A DNA stretch of 64,000 nucleotides from Laetmonice hystrix (taxonomy: Eukaryota). The stretch is from positions 39,930,001-39,994,000 of the forward strand of contig OZ249436.1 in the NCBI GenBank assembly GCA_965235115.1, written 5' to 3'. A program made the position numbers and the translations under genes. This document shows positions 1 through 13,378 of the stretch, one piece after another (position 1 is the first letter of the stretch; every line of letters starts with the position of its first letter). The notes beneath the pieces were generated by a model, which did no database searches, was not told the DNA's origin, and saw nothing but the letters and a program-made list of their open reading frames with translations.

Positions 1-983
1 GTGCTGTCAAAATCAATCAGTGACGGTGCAATTAAACGCCAGTCTGTAGAATCATAATGTCCTTTGTTGCGATTTGATGTGACATGGTGGCAGCACTGTC
101 GCACGGGTCCTCGTTCCAACAACGTAGCACAAGATTAGATAGGACGCCGAAATGCCAAGCTGTGTCCGGATGCGTTACAACTTTTTGATACGAAAATTTA
201 CAGTGTGTAGGACTTCCTGAACTCGTAGAAACGAATAAAATGCCATCCCATGTTGACAATATTCCTATATTCCCTCCCCAAATGCTTTCAACATCAAGCA
301 GAAACGATATCATATGTAATAGCTGCCTTTTAGCCAAGAAAAGAACGATAATCTGGACATATTTTTCATTATTCGTCAGTCATGCGCCGCCAACCCGTTC
401 TTGCGCACTTAGATGCCATTTGAACTGGGACTAGGAACAGACGGGGGAATTCTCTGGTGTCACGTGACGCGCACCTGTCAGTTGAGCTCACTCTCCCCCT
501 TCAGGATGTCCCTGCTGTCTGGATATAACATCTCTGCCACCACTTGATTTAAATATTCATGATCTGGGGGCATACTTGGATTTTATCCAATAGCGGCTCT
601 TGGATTTTGATGTTTAACACGTGTTTTTACACAGCATTTACAAAATGATATTCAAAATATATATTCAAGATCTTTAATACATTTTGTAAATGTTGTGTAA
701 GAATTTTACTTCTTGAAAAATATTTTCGAGTCTTGAAACGTTCGGGTTTGGCGTGCCATAGACGTCACCTCGTTCTCGGTCTCGATCTCGGGGCGGATCT
801 TAACCTATCTACTGGCTCAAGTCGCGGTCCATGTTCCAAGCAATACGAATGTCACTCAGGTTGCCGCACAAATTGCAGAACTTCTTGATGTCAGAGATAA
901 TGTTAGACACATACCATGTTTTTGTTACTCTGACGTTGGTTTGATGATTGACCAATTATACTGTAACACTGTTCTCTCTCTTC

Positions 984-1030
984 ACCCACCCACCCACCCA
1001 CCCACCCACCCACCCACCCACCCACCCACA
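984..1030. repeat. (CCCA)n microsatellite
   Basis: Read directly. Confidence 0.95.
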
Positions 1031-4000
1031 CCCTATTATTCCCCTATCTATGTAATTGCCAGAAATAACGTTAAATTATGTATGATCTCGATTTAATGTC
1101 TTTTATCTCAAGTCAATGTCATTTTATCTAACTTATTGGATTTTTAACTTGAAGCCCTAAGAAACAGTATCAGTTGAGTCCCAAACATTCGGGTCCTCGC
1201 CTCATCGATTATAACCTGGGGAGAACTCTCCCGCTGTTCCTACAATTTTAAGTGATGCGACTCTGTAATCTTAGGTCCATCGTCAAGGAATATAAGGTCT
1301 CGTTATTTTTCCGGATCTCTCAACCAATTATAATTTAGTCGCAAGGCCATGAGTTGGTTCCAAACAGCATTCAAACAAATTCAATTTTCCCTCTGTGCTC
1401 TGCCATACACGTCTGATGCCGACCGGGCAATGAACATTTCTATGTTTTTAGTCAGATCCCAGGTGACTCCTTAATGACAACAACTAGTAAAATGAATTAC
1501 CTGTATTAATTAATTAAATCCTCTTGGATGTAAAACAGAGGTCAGCTTGGCCGATGATCAGTGTTTGTACGTCGGCATCTAATGTTATTCTCGCGGCGCA
1601 AACAATTTGACTTTTTATACAAAGATGTGTTCATGATCTATCTTCACGTGGGCCATGTCCCCGGAGTCAACAAGACAACACACCGATCCTTTTAGTAGTT
1701 AACTGGCAATTCTCCCCTTCCCTTCTCTGAAGAAGGCGTACATGTTGCCTTCATTGCCACCAACACTGCGCAAATTCACTCGACTTTTTAACAACCGATT
1801 TTCTGCAGGGTTAATTGGAACCCGAGTGACCTCCGAGTGACCACTGTCCACTTATCACGAGGCGGGCGTCAGTTATTCGGGCCGACTGGGCACACAGGTA
1901 TAAACTCTTGATGGGTCACTGCTGGGAGCAAACCCTTAAAAATCTAAACCTGATTCTTAACATAATGGGTTGATTGAAATAGCCTATACTGTGAATCTAA
2001 AGTAGGTAGTTTTAACAATTGTAAATCTAAAGTAGGTTATGAATTAAGGAGTAGATATTTAGATGAAGTGAATAGGAGAGAATTAAGCAGGGGACCCACT
2101 GACGGGAAAATTTGGGACCGGCGGAAAAAAATAAATCTGCGCGCGGAAAGTGCACTTCCGCATGTCCATCCGCGCCAGTGTGTTGTTTTCACGCGGGCGA
2201 AAACATGTACCAAGGCGGAATCGCGTGTCATCCGCGATCATAAACCTCTTAAAGCCTATTTATCATCTACTTATATCCTCTACAAGATTTCACTAAAATA
2301 TATCCCTCAGGTTTGCGTTGCTTAACATAGCACTTATGAAGTCCCATCAGCCTTCAGTGGAAAGGGCCTAGGAAATCAGAAAACATGTTAGTATAGGTCA
2401 TATGTTTCATTCAATACAACATTTTGAATCTTTCAGATAATTTCGATTTCATCTGATACAACAGAGTACCCGAGTAAAGCGAGGAAAGAATTCAAAGGCC
2501 TTAAATGCATCCCGGAATTATACCATTACTTTTGACTTGTAACAACATTTGATTTATTTCACTTTCCTTTGAGGATAAAACAGTTGTTTCCACCATGCTT
2601 GGTGCCAATTTATTTATTTCACCCATTTTCCACACGAAAATATTTATTTAAAAAACCTCTAGGCCCCCACTCGTATTCTAAAGGTGCCTCCTTTGGTGCC
2701 CCCTCTTCTAGCGGAACCCCCCCCCATGCCAGGTCGTTACCTTTCTTCCCATCCTAACAGCTAATTTGAGTCGTACGGCTTAAACGGAGACCAAGACGGA
2801 GAAGAGGCTGCAAAAACGGTTGATAAACTCTAAGTTTGTGGATGCAACTCCGCTTGCGTCAGTGTGGGCTTAATTTCCGTCCACCTAAAAAAAGAACCAT
2901 TCGCGTCCTGTGTGGACTGTTTCCGCGCCCATATACGCGGGCGAAACTTTTTTTTTAGAAAATTCGCGTGCGAATGTACTAAATTCGCTCGCGCGAGTGT
3001 AAATTCCTTCCGCGCCACTGTGGCCCTCGCTTGAGGCGCTAGTCTCTTAAGAGTTTGTTTTAAATTGCAGATTGCTTTTCTTTAGTCAGTCGCAATCCAA
3101 AGTCCGTGGCAGCGGCTTGTTGACGGTATGTCCACACAAGTCCCGTGGAGATTGGAGAACTGTGCAAAGCAATCAAGCCGTGTCCATTTCTTTTGTCCAC
3201 CATCAGCAAACACATTAAGGCCTGACATACTTTTTTAATGTCCCATTAGGATTTTAAAATTGTGGTTTCCTATTATTCCCTATTATTATCATTGGAGTAG
3301 TAGTAGTTGTAGTTGTAGTTGTAGATCCTGATCTACAGTCTCAAGATCTAACAGTGGGGTACAGCCACAGTCTGCATGGGAGTAGTCCATGGAAATGGAG
3401 GTTATAATCACAAATTTTGGCATTTCGGAGAGCTTCATCTTGGAAACGGCGTAAGATCAGCCGGTGGTTACTGCAACTACGAATAGGAACTCCTATATGG
3501 GCTTTCCTTTGGTACCATTGCCGTTAACCTGGAGTGAAACGGACAGGTCAAATGAGGTCATCCGTGTATTTAAATATTTTCAAAATGCGGTATATTGAAA
3601 GCTAGACCTATGTTTCTATTAAACATGAATAGAAAGTCATATGTGATCGTTCATGTCAGTCAATTTTCATTGACCTTCGATAAAGATTCAAGGTCAAATA
3701 AAGTCATGTATACTTTTAGATCGAGAGGCTCTATCCCACTCCGGTGCCCTCCGAGGGACAGAGTGCACTCCTATTTTATTCATTGTTAACTTTACTCGAC
3801 CAAAATGGTCGAGTAGACTTCATCGCCTTGGAGTACACTTTTTTCCCAAACCATTGAATGTCATGTGCTAAAACTTCACCCACACGTCCCTAAACACTAC
3901 ACCTTCAGTTTACAGCCTTTGCAGAGTTTAAATCCTTTGGGTTTAACAGTAATCCAGCAGTTATTTGCCAGCCCTTCGCACAATGACCCAACTTTCCTAT

Positions 4001-7000
4001 GCCATATTGGAACCGGAAGTCACGTGTATGCTAATCTGTGCTGATCTGTGCCAAAGGCTACCAACCGATCACTTTCGTCTAGATCCAGGTATCCAGTCAT
4101 TTCCCGCCAAATCGCACAATCATGGACGACGATATTTGTTGTGTCTGCTTTGCAAATGTTAGGACAACAGGACATTCCTGTCTCATCAAAGCTGAGACGA
4201 GAAAATGTAACTGTAGAAGAGGTTCTGACAGGTATACCAGCAAACAGGAAGTGATCGACTAGTTAAAACTCCAGCGGCATACGAAACAAAATGGTGAACG
4301 TCGCAACGAACCGTTGTCGGTTCACTTTTTCTAACTCTTAAATTGTAAGTGTGAGAATACAGTGACATTTGGATCGAAACATATTGCCTTCTACCTGCCA
4401 CCCGGCAGGTAGAAGGCATGTGCGGGTCTGAGAACCAGACATTAAGTTTAAGTGTATTGTTAGACGGGCTGAAATTTTCTCTATGGGAGGTTTTGATATC
4501 TGCACTCTGACTCTAATATTTTAGTGGAACGAAGAGTCTGAGCCTCTCGGACTAGTATACTTTAAGCACATTTTCGAGAGGGTTTATCTTGTTCCTATAG
4601 ACCTATAGTTACTCTTTATTAATCACAGATAGAAAGTCATATAATGATCTATTTGGCGCCACCTATTGTGACGTACGTGACGTAAACGGGCTATATGACG
4701 TCATGCACATTTTCATATGCCGTAATCAAGCAGACATATTTTGAGCTCGCTAATTGAGGGAAACACATTGCTGTTTTCAGTGCAACTTCTGTGTTAGTAC
4801 TCGTGTTAAAAAGGTTCTTCAAGAATGCCGCTGCCTGTAGAAGAGGTAACCTTGTAGAAATTTGCGGCAATGATAGAAACACATTGTGGCTGAAAACGAA
4901 TTGTCTTTGGGGAAAAGTCTATATCACATGTCTGGAAATCACTTTGAATGCTGGCGTGATATAGGAATCCTTCGGAGAACTGTTTTCGAACCGCCGAGGT
5001 TTCACAGTAGGCTACGAACCGTTATTGACCTTTCTCACTTGTTGTGTACGCGTCATTTTGCTGAGAGAAATGAGATATAAATAGGTGTGGTGTTTAGACG
5101 GGAGAGCCAGGTAATTTCAGCAATCGGGTCAAGGGTGGGAGATGTGGGCACTAGCTCTTGAAAGCTCTGACAGGGATAACGTGGTTAAAGCTGCTTAAGG
5201 AGTGCGCCCGATGGAGTGATTTGCTTGAAAACTGCGCACTTTAATTTAATCAGCTTGAAGCATGAACCTACTTCGTGCCCTACTCATGGCAGGAAGTCAC
5301 TGCAATCGTGAAACTTCCGCTCAGAATGGTGGGAATTAGCATAAGGCATGTTACACCGTTCACTATACCAATCCGGTTGCATTAAAGATTTTTCTTTTTG
5401 AATATTGAAGTTTTGATCGAATATTGAATGAACAGAGTTTTTGTACAGTTTGTTGTAGAAAAGGGTAATTTACAGAGAGGAATGCATGGCGACGCGCGTG
5501 AAAGGGCGAACACCACATGTCCTTCTAAAGTCTCGAATTGAATGGAATTGAGTTAATTTCTCATTTCATGCAGGAAAAAAACTCCACACAATCTTAAACG
5601 AACAGATCGGTATGTTATTTGGCATGCCTAAGTGAACAGATATTTCTGTTTGAAGTCAAACGTCAAACCAGATGGAAAGCGGCTTGACTGGTTGAAGCTC
5701 TGGGATTTGTGACAGACCAAATAACCGAAAGGACCCAATCAAGAAGGAGAGATGATAAGAGATAATAGAACCTAGGCATTCTCCTTTGATGTCTAATCGG
5801 AGTATTCCACACAGAATCTGGTAGTCTGTTCTTTGAATTTCGAGCCGGCGCTACCTCAGAGAATTCCGTTTTTTTTCTCGAACCAGGAGTTCACTTACCA
5901 TTGATGAACGTTCCGAAATGGGTTTCAGGTATTTTCTTATGAAGATAGTTTTGAAGTTTCTATCTGTCTGTGCCATTCCGCCTCCCTCATTCCCCCCAAC
6001 GTTACCTCATTCCCCATACGTCCTTTGTGATGCCGAAGGCGTTTTTCCACAAGCCATGGATGTATGAAGGCGGCCAGGCTATATGTGAAACAACTCACTC
6101 AAGAATTACATACTCCAACGCGAGCCCAATTAATACACCCGGTTTCTTTGGATCTCTCATTAATTCTGAAACTCTAGAATCGGGATTGCAGGCTTCTTCT
6201 GCTGCCGGTTCCGTAAGGCTTGTAAGGCGATAAGGCGTTAGACGTATGTGCTGGATTCAAAACTGCTAATATCTTGACGCGTTTCTTATGTTTCAGCTCG
6301 CTTATAACGGTGGCACGTCTGACGTGTCTACTGACGAATGTTTTGTACACATAAATTACAGGTAAAGATTCCGACGGCCGATATAGAAATCTGCTCGCGT
6401 GTTGGGTGCTTAGGGGCTTGGGAGTGTTTCAATAAGCGCGTCGGGCCGTCTGATTGGCGACAGTCTGTCGCTTGGCTGTAAGGCCTGCAAGACCCGACAT
6501 TTCTGTACATTTCTCCTCATTTTGTTAAAACCAACAGGAAGAAGAAGAAGGGGGAAAAGAAGATGAAATAGAAGTAGAGCTCCTTGACGTTTGCCTGTCG
6601 TCCAGGTCTGATTTCGGATTAAAACAACCAAATTTATAACATCATTGTGTGTTCTTATGCTTTTAGCTTATGAGAAAATGAATTATTATACAGCCGGATA
6701 GCAACAAGGTTTTTATATTTGGGGTCTAACCCATTCAGTCGCATAGCAGAACAGGCGTATCATGGTTTATATTGATAAGAACTCGTAAATATTTATGAAT
6801 ATTATATTAATAAATTCATAAGATAGATTTTGTATGGGGAGGTTGAGCGGAGGAGAGTTTGGCGTTTTTCTAGTATGTTTTAATATTGATTGTAGACTTA
6901 CTTAATAGTGCCATAGAAAGACCAGGCAACGTCTTACTTATAAGAGCAGCAGGACCCTACCATCTGGCTCTTGGCCTTTAGTGGATGGAGAAAGCTCATT

Positions 7001-10000
7001 GGAATGACCTCCACGGCCGCTTTATTATCCATGCGCCCGCTGCTCCGTTGGTTCTCCAAGGAGCGATGCCCTGGTATAAAAGAACCCATTAGTTGTGACG
7101 TATAAATTCTGAGCACGGCCTCCGAGTATAACCCTAGGCTCAGACACCTGTGTATACTTACTGCTGATGTGTTCAGGCTGAGCAACACTAATATATCGCA
7201 GCTGGTTCCAAACAACGGCCGGAAGCATCATGAATTTATTGACACCTGAAATTTATTTCCATTAGATTGTTCGACATATATAGTGACTAGCATGGTCAGG
7301 AAATCTGACATGTTCGTATTTTTAGCAACAATTAATGAGGGTCGCATGCCCAGGAATCATTAACCGATAACCAGTGTCCTCTTAGCACAGCTGCTTGATA
7401 TTCCAACCGTCCATCTTCGGATGACCGCCTTGAGGCCCCAACACTTGATACGCCCCCCTGTCCGCTTGGCCCGCCTTTTAGTGGAAGTCAAGATAATACC
7501 ACACATTGGTTGGTCGGTATGGCAACTCTCGATTGGCTACCGATTATATCTCCCGAAACCTGGGCTGATTACGAAAGCGGCGCGGCGGATCTGTATTCGT
7601 GATCAAAGGCCGGTGAATGAAGGAAGGCGTACACCTTCTTTCTGCAGACTGACTGCTTAACTATACCGCCACGATCATAGGTTTTGACTCTAGCAGATGC
7701 AGAATAAAGGGGGGAGGGGCCTTCCCAAAATTTTGAGATGCGGACCTGACAACAGTGGCACATTCACACATTGGTGAGGGATGGAGAGAGGAACTATACA
7801 GTGGCGTTTAACATAGCCTGCTTTACTTCAAACACATTGACATATAGAACGAACCAATTGGCATGTCAGGAGAACTGTTTCATTAAGAGTATAGGCCTAT
7901 AACGTAAGACGTAAGCTACTTATAAAGCAGCACGCTTACCATATACGTCGGGCAGTTAATAAGTACGAATCTGATCAAAGTTTTCATGAAATAACATGAT
8001 CAAATTTTAAAGCCTCTTATTATTTTTAAATGAATATTAATATGGCATTGATTGGTATTACATGTAATGAAGCTATCATATATTAAGTCAGTAGCACTGT
8101 AATGATACTGTGACACTTTTTTCTCCAGTTTTGTGATAGCGGCAATGTTTACTATTATTCTACTTTAGCAGAAGTTCTCACCATTCCCACGTTATCTTTA
8201 CTACACATATATACGGGCTGCAGCTGGACCAGTTTGACAGAAAGTCATTACGTATAAAAATACCGAGATACATTATTCTAGAGCAGAGCAATTCATCTCA
8301 TAGCGTTCCAAATGTTTAATTTCGTGAAATGACACAAGAGAGCCCCTGAATGATTGATTGGTTATATAGTTGCTTCGCACCAGGCTGGCGCTTCCTGGCC
8401 GTCCGCTAAAATGTCCGCCATCCTCCACAATATATCTAGAACGTTAGGCAACGTAGGGGGCCACCATTAAATATCTGGGGGTGGGGGCGGGAGTTTTTGC
8501 CTGGCCATATTTATTTATTTCTAAAAGGAGATGCGAAACGTAATTTTTTCATGTAAGGACGGGATGAAAATATTTTCCCCCTACCTCTCCCCTCTTTTTG
8601 ACACTCCTTATATTTATTTCTATCATGCCGGGTGCCAATTTATTTATATCGCATTGTCCCCACGAAAACGTTCATTTCAAGCCCACTGGTATTCTAATGA
8701 GGCCCCCTGATGGTTGTATATGTGTGTTTGTGTCGCTGTATATAGAACCACATTGAATTACTACAGAATCATCGAGCTATAAATACAATATTATACAAAT
8801 ATGGCACTTGGTTGAGTGCAATATGAAAATTTATGGCACGATGGCAACTGATATTGCACGACGCGAAGCCATAAATTTTCATATTGCACGATCCCAAGTG
8901 CCATATTTGTTTTATTTTATGACTGCCGCACTTTTCCTGTCTATGCCAGGACCCATCGACGACTGCACAGTCAGTTTAACTAATCCATAAAGACTCATCT
9001 AGACCTAGGCCTACCGGTACGCTGAGCCTCAGTGAGTCAGTACTCACAATTCTACCAGTAAACCATGATCAAAACCATGACCAATCTTAACAATCAGTCA
9101 CCATATAAACTTCTCATGTCGGGAAATTAGATAGGCTACAGGGATCCATCGTGTTCACGACTGCTTTATCTAGCTAGGCCTAGAGCTAGCCTAGACTAGA
9201 GGCTATACAAGATTCTGAAATCATTCTCGCGTAGTTTCCGCTTTACTATCATACGCTCTCACCGCTCCAGGCTGTTATATTAAACTTACATTATAGCTAT
9301 AGCAAGATTATTGTTCTGTTACTGCCTTTAGCTGCAGAACGCCAGCATAATGATAACTTGAAGTATACTGTTCTCTCCTCCTGTCTGCCGGCAGTCCCAT
9401 TTGTTACCTGACAGGGGGTCGTCTGTGTCAGACATCAGCAGACAGCATCCACCAATCTCCTGAGATGATTCACTCTGTATTCTAAAAAAAGGTTTCTGCC
9501 ACCTCACACAAAACGTTTCTGGAGGCAAGATCGTCTAAATGGTCTGACGTTATGGTTTAACGTCTACTTTCCACGGCCATTTTATATGCGAACGTGATTT
9601 GAGTAAGGGACGGTACTGTACGTTTATAGGCGGCTGAAGGTCGAGTCGAGTCGGCCTCTCTAGTCCTGTCAGTTGTTACGATGGAGTACATCCGCCTAAC
9701 GTGTCTGCTCACCACCGGACGGCTAACACCCATCAGAGGCATGACAGATTCCTTTTTTTCCGTAAAAATAAGAATAAAACACAAATTTGAAGACAAATGA
9801 AATAAGGGTAAATAATAGGACTGTTCATTTTAAAGAACCTCGGTAAAAAAACTAAATTATGATAGACGGGAGTCGGGAGTTAGAAATCGTTAAACAAGCG
9901 ATTAAATTAAGACATCACTTCCAGCTTTAATATATTCCTTATTATGTCTAATAATTCCTCTTCCGATGTCGGAACACTCGAATATAAAGAGCGAAATTTA

Positions 10001-10129
10001 GTGGCAAAAGTTTCTGTCATGTCATTATCATTGGTTAGTCCATCGTCCATATTTGGCTGCTGCGTTTATTAGACTCTATTTTCTTAATTTCTTCCCATAA
10101 CTTCCGACCACATTTTTCATCTGCCGCAA

Positions 10130-10388
10130 AATGGCCGAGTGGTCAAAGGTGCTGGCTCATGACACCTAGGACCATCGCCTCACACCGCTGCGGTCCGGGT
10201 TCGATCCCCGGCCAGGGCTGCATGTGTGAAAGGTTTGTCAGTCAGTTCCTTCCCGAAGGTCGGTGGTTTCCTCCGGGCACTCCGGTTTCCTCCACCAAGA
10301 AAAACTGACTTTCATCATCATCATCATCATCTTCACCGCCGTGATATGACCCTGGCTGTTGCAAGGCGTAGAACCCCAAATACCCCAC
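10130..10388 (+). mobile_element. tRNA-derived V-SINE with 12-bp TSD
   Basis: A box TGGCCGAGTGG, B box GGTTCGATCCC, V-domain-like GGTTTCCTCCGGGCACTCCGGTTTCCTCCACCA, internal (CAT)n. TSD CATCTGCCGCAA at 10118-10129 and 10389-10400. Confidence 0.85.
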
Positions 10389-11274
10389 CATCTGCCGCAA
10401 TGGCGATCCTTGATTTGCGCAGGTCAAGTTCGTTTTTCTTGCACTTATCAACTGCACGGTGATACTTGGCCCTAGTATACTTCGCATTAGAAGTTAATTG
10501 TAAATTGACAGTAGGCCTACTTTAGGAGCCAACCACCTTCCACACACACACTTTAAAAACGCGAGGACTGTTTAGTCCGCTTAACCAATCACAGGTCGCC
10601 TAGACTCGACCACCAGTCCACTCTCCGCCGCAAGATGTCACTGCTGTCTGGATATAACATTTCTGCCACCACTTGATTTAAATATTCATGAGCTGACGGC
10701 CTACTTGAATTTCATCCAATAACAGCTCTTGGATTTAGTCGTGATGACCCAGAAAACCCGGGATGACCCAGAAAACCCTGGCCGCGGTCTCTGTCGACTC
10801 GAGACAATCCTGGCAGACACCATCGTTCAGTAAATAATATGTAGACTTGACAGGTGCCGAGTTTAACATGTTTTACGATTATACAGCAAGTTTGAGGCAT
10901 TGATCTTGTGTCCCAGTTGCGAAATGTCGGAAAGTCCCCTTGTTTTGGTGACCCGAGTAAACACCCTATTACACCACTCGTAAACAATGGATAACTTCGC
11001 GCAAAAAATAGTTCCACTATCCTTTAATAGTTCCTTACGTATTTGGGGTAGGCCTATATCTGAATTGTAAATAAATTTGTTGGACTCCTTAAACCTTCCT
11101 CTATTCAGATACGGTTGCTAGGAATTCCCATAAGTAGTAATTAAGATAGTTGGAGAAAGAGTTTGATATGTGACGAATCAGCGCGTAAAAAGGCAGTGGT
11201 GGCAGAGACATAAGCTACGCGCAATGTCTCATGGGAGATTGCCACCAGTCCTCAGAGTCCTATCCACAGGCTGC

Positions 11275-11463
11275 AGGGCCGTAGCCTGCGGGGGGGGGGG
11301 GGGGGGGCAGGGGGGGGGCAGGGGGGCAGCTGCCCCCCCTGGGATTTCCACTTTTTTGTGTTTTTTTAACCAACAAACCGGGCCAGCTCGACCGGCGCAA
11401 TGACGCGCTATCACTTGGCAGGCCTACTGCCCCCCCACGCATTTCGGCCAGGCTACGGCCCTG
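11275..11463. mobile_element. hAT-like MITE with poly-G/poly-C interior
   Basis: CAGGGCCGTAGCCTG / CAGGCTACGGCCCTG. No 8-bp TSD resolved. Confidence 0.6.
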
Positions 11464-11511
11464 GGCTGGATATACGAGCGACGAGCGGCCTCTAGCGGGA
11501 AAAAGGGTCTG

Positions 11512-13378
11512 GGGACCGTTTCACAACTCGTTAAGAAAATGCGTTAATTAGTACGCGCTCGTTTATATACTAGCGCGAAGTTTAACGCATTTTGCGTAAC
11601 GCCGTTTCATAACTCGTAAAATGATCGCGCGTAAAACGATGTACGTTGGGTTCGTTAATATACGCATTCATGATTTAACGCTGAAAAGGCCGCTTGTACT
11701 TGCGAAAATATTAAATTTAGAGATCATACCAGGGCTGCGCCACCAATCACCACCTTGCGGTTCGATTGCGTACTACAAGATTTATTAGAAGATTATCAGC
11801 TTAAGTAGGCCCCAATCATCCCCAAAATGTTCTAGTGTGAACAGGTGAGTATAATGCTTAGTAGTGCAATCGCGTACATTTCGTCAGAGGACGCGGATGT
11901 GAAAGGAGAGGAGCGTTCTTTCCAGAATAATATATTGTCATCAGGGTTTAGTCATGCGCCCCCAATAGTCATCTCTGAATCTGTGTTATCATAATATTTT
12001 GATTACTGTTATTTTGTAGCGCCAACGCTTACGGGCCAAGTTTTGGTGGAAGAGGATTCACAAACACAGGGGCTCACCTCCGTTGTGCCAGGTGTGGGAA
12101 CCGAGGGGTGGGGCAAGGTGGCGATTCCCCAACTTTGTATTGGCGAGAATAATATCGTTTCGCCCCAATCTAATTAACATTAGTTATTGGTATTCTGCGT
12201 CTATATCGGTTGTGCCAGTGCTGTCTCCGCTCCATACCTATATAGTATGGAACACATGCGATATAACTAAGATCTAATTTTAATTAGATTGAGTTTCGCC
12301 CCCTCCCTATTATTTGCCAGTTATATTTTAATAACAGAGATATGCCGCACTGCCAGGAAACCAAAAATTGATTCCAAGCATCACAATATTATGATGTCCT
12401 ATTCAGTGGCAGCAGTAAGGAGACAAAGTTTACTTGTTGGTGCATATCTGATGAAGGCACTGCAGTGATGCGGGGGGGGGGGGTCCAGGATTTTGTAACA
12501 GGGGGTTCAGAGGTAAAATTTGCTAAGGGGGAGGGGTCAGCACGGTCAATTCAGATGTTCTATCGGGGGAAAAGAGGCATTGGTTGACAAGGGGGCTTTG
12601 AACCCCCCCTGGCGCTTTGCCGGGCCATGCCCCAGTCTCCCTCCCCCTCCAATGAAAATGGTTCCCACGCCTATGGTCTCTAGCCTAAAAGGAAACGAAC
12701 CAAGCGTTGCTAAAATTTAAATACAATATATGTGTTGGTGACACGAACTGTATGTAGTGTGTTCATTGCAAGAAAATATATTATCTAAATGTTTGAATGA
12801 CAGGTTCTCTGGTATGAAAACCGCGATGATTCATTGTCTGCCCCTGTCTCCTTGTTGAGCCTCTGCTAAATGACGGCTAGATAGAGAGGAGGAGGCATGT
12901 ATAATTATTGGTATCCCGCGATTAATTGCAAAATTGTGAAGACATGTACAATCCTATACTAGATGTCCCCGGATCACTCTGGTACCCCCATGCACTGCCA
13001 TCAAGACATCTGTGAATAATGAGAAATATTTCATGTCATATATTATATGACATAAAATCTATATTTTCCACAATATCAGGATTTTGGATGGCATTACGTT
13101 GGTATTGCACTGTCCTAGCCGCCATATTTGTTGATGTGCCCAGTGTAAATAATGTGTCAATTAACGATACTATCGTTAATTAACGATAAATCAGTTAGCG
13201 AAGACTTAATCCGCACCTTTTTCATCCGCGCCAAAAAATCCATTTAACGCGGAAATAACGCAAAATTTCGCAAGTAAACGCCCGCTTTACTAGTTATGCA
13301 ACGGTTTAACGCGTTTTTCGTCGATTAACCGCGTTTTAGACCTTAGCGAGCGCACCAACTTAGTTATGAAACGGGCCC
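11512..13378 (-). mobile_element. PIF/Harbinger deletion derivative with CTG TSD, retaining the transposase C-terminal exon remnant
   Basis: TIR GGGACCGTTTCACAACT / AGTTATGAAACGGGCCC with CTG on both sides. Minus strand ~13010-12905 reads, after an AG acceptor, RCLDGSAWGYQSDP then (frameshift) CTCLHNFAINRGIP, resembling the HARBI1-type C-terminus (RCLD...LHN). Confidence 0.75.

Noticed and set aside
130..190. Possible THAP-domain tail (AKLCPDA...)
   Set aside because: Too short, and the AVPT motif and upstream C2CH residues could not be recovered.
6934..7250. Possible coding fragment
   Set aside because: No recognisable motif in any frame and no convincing splice sites.
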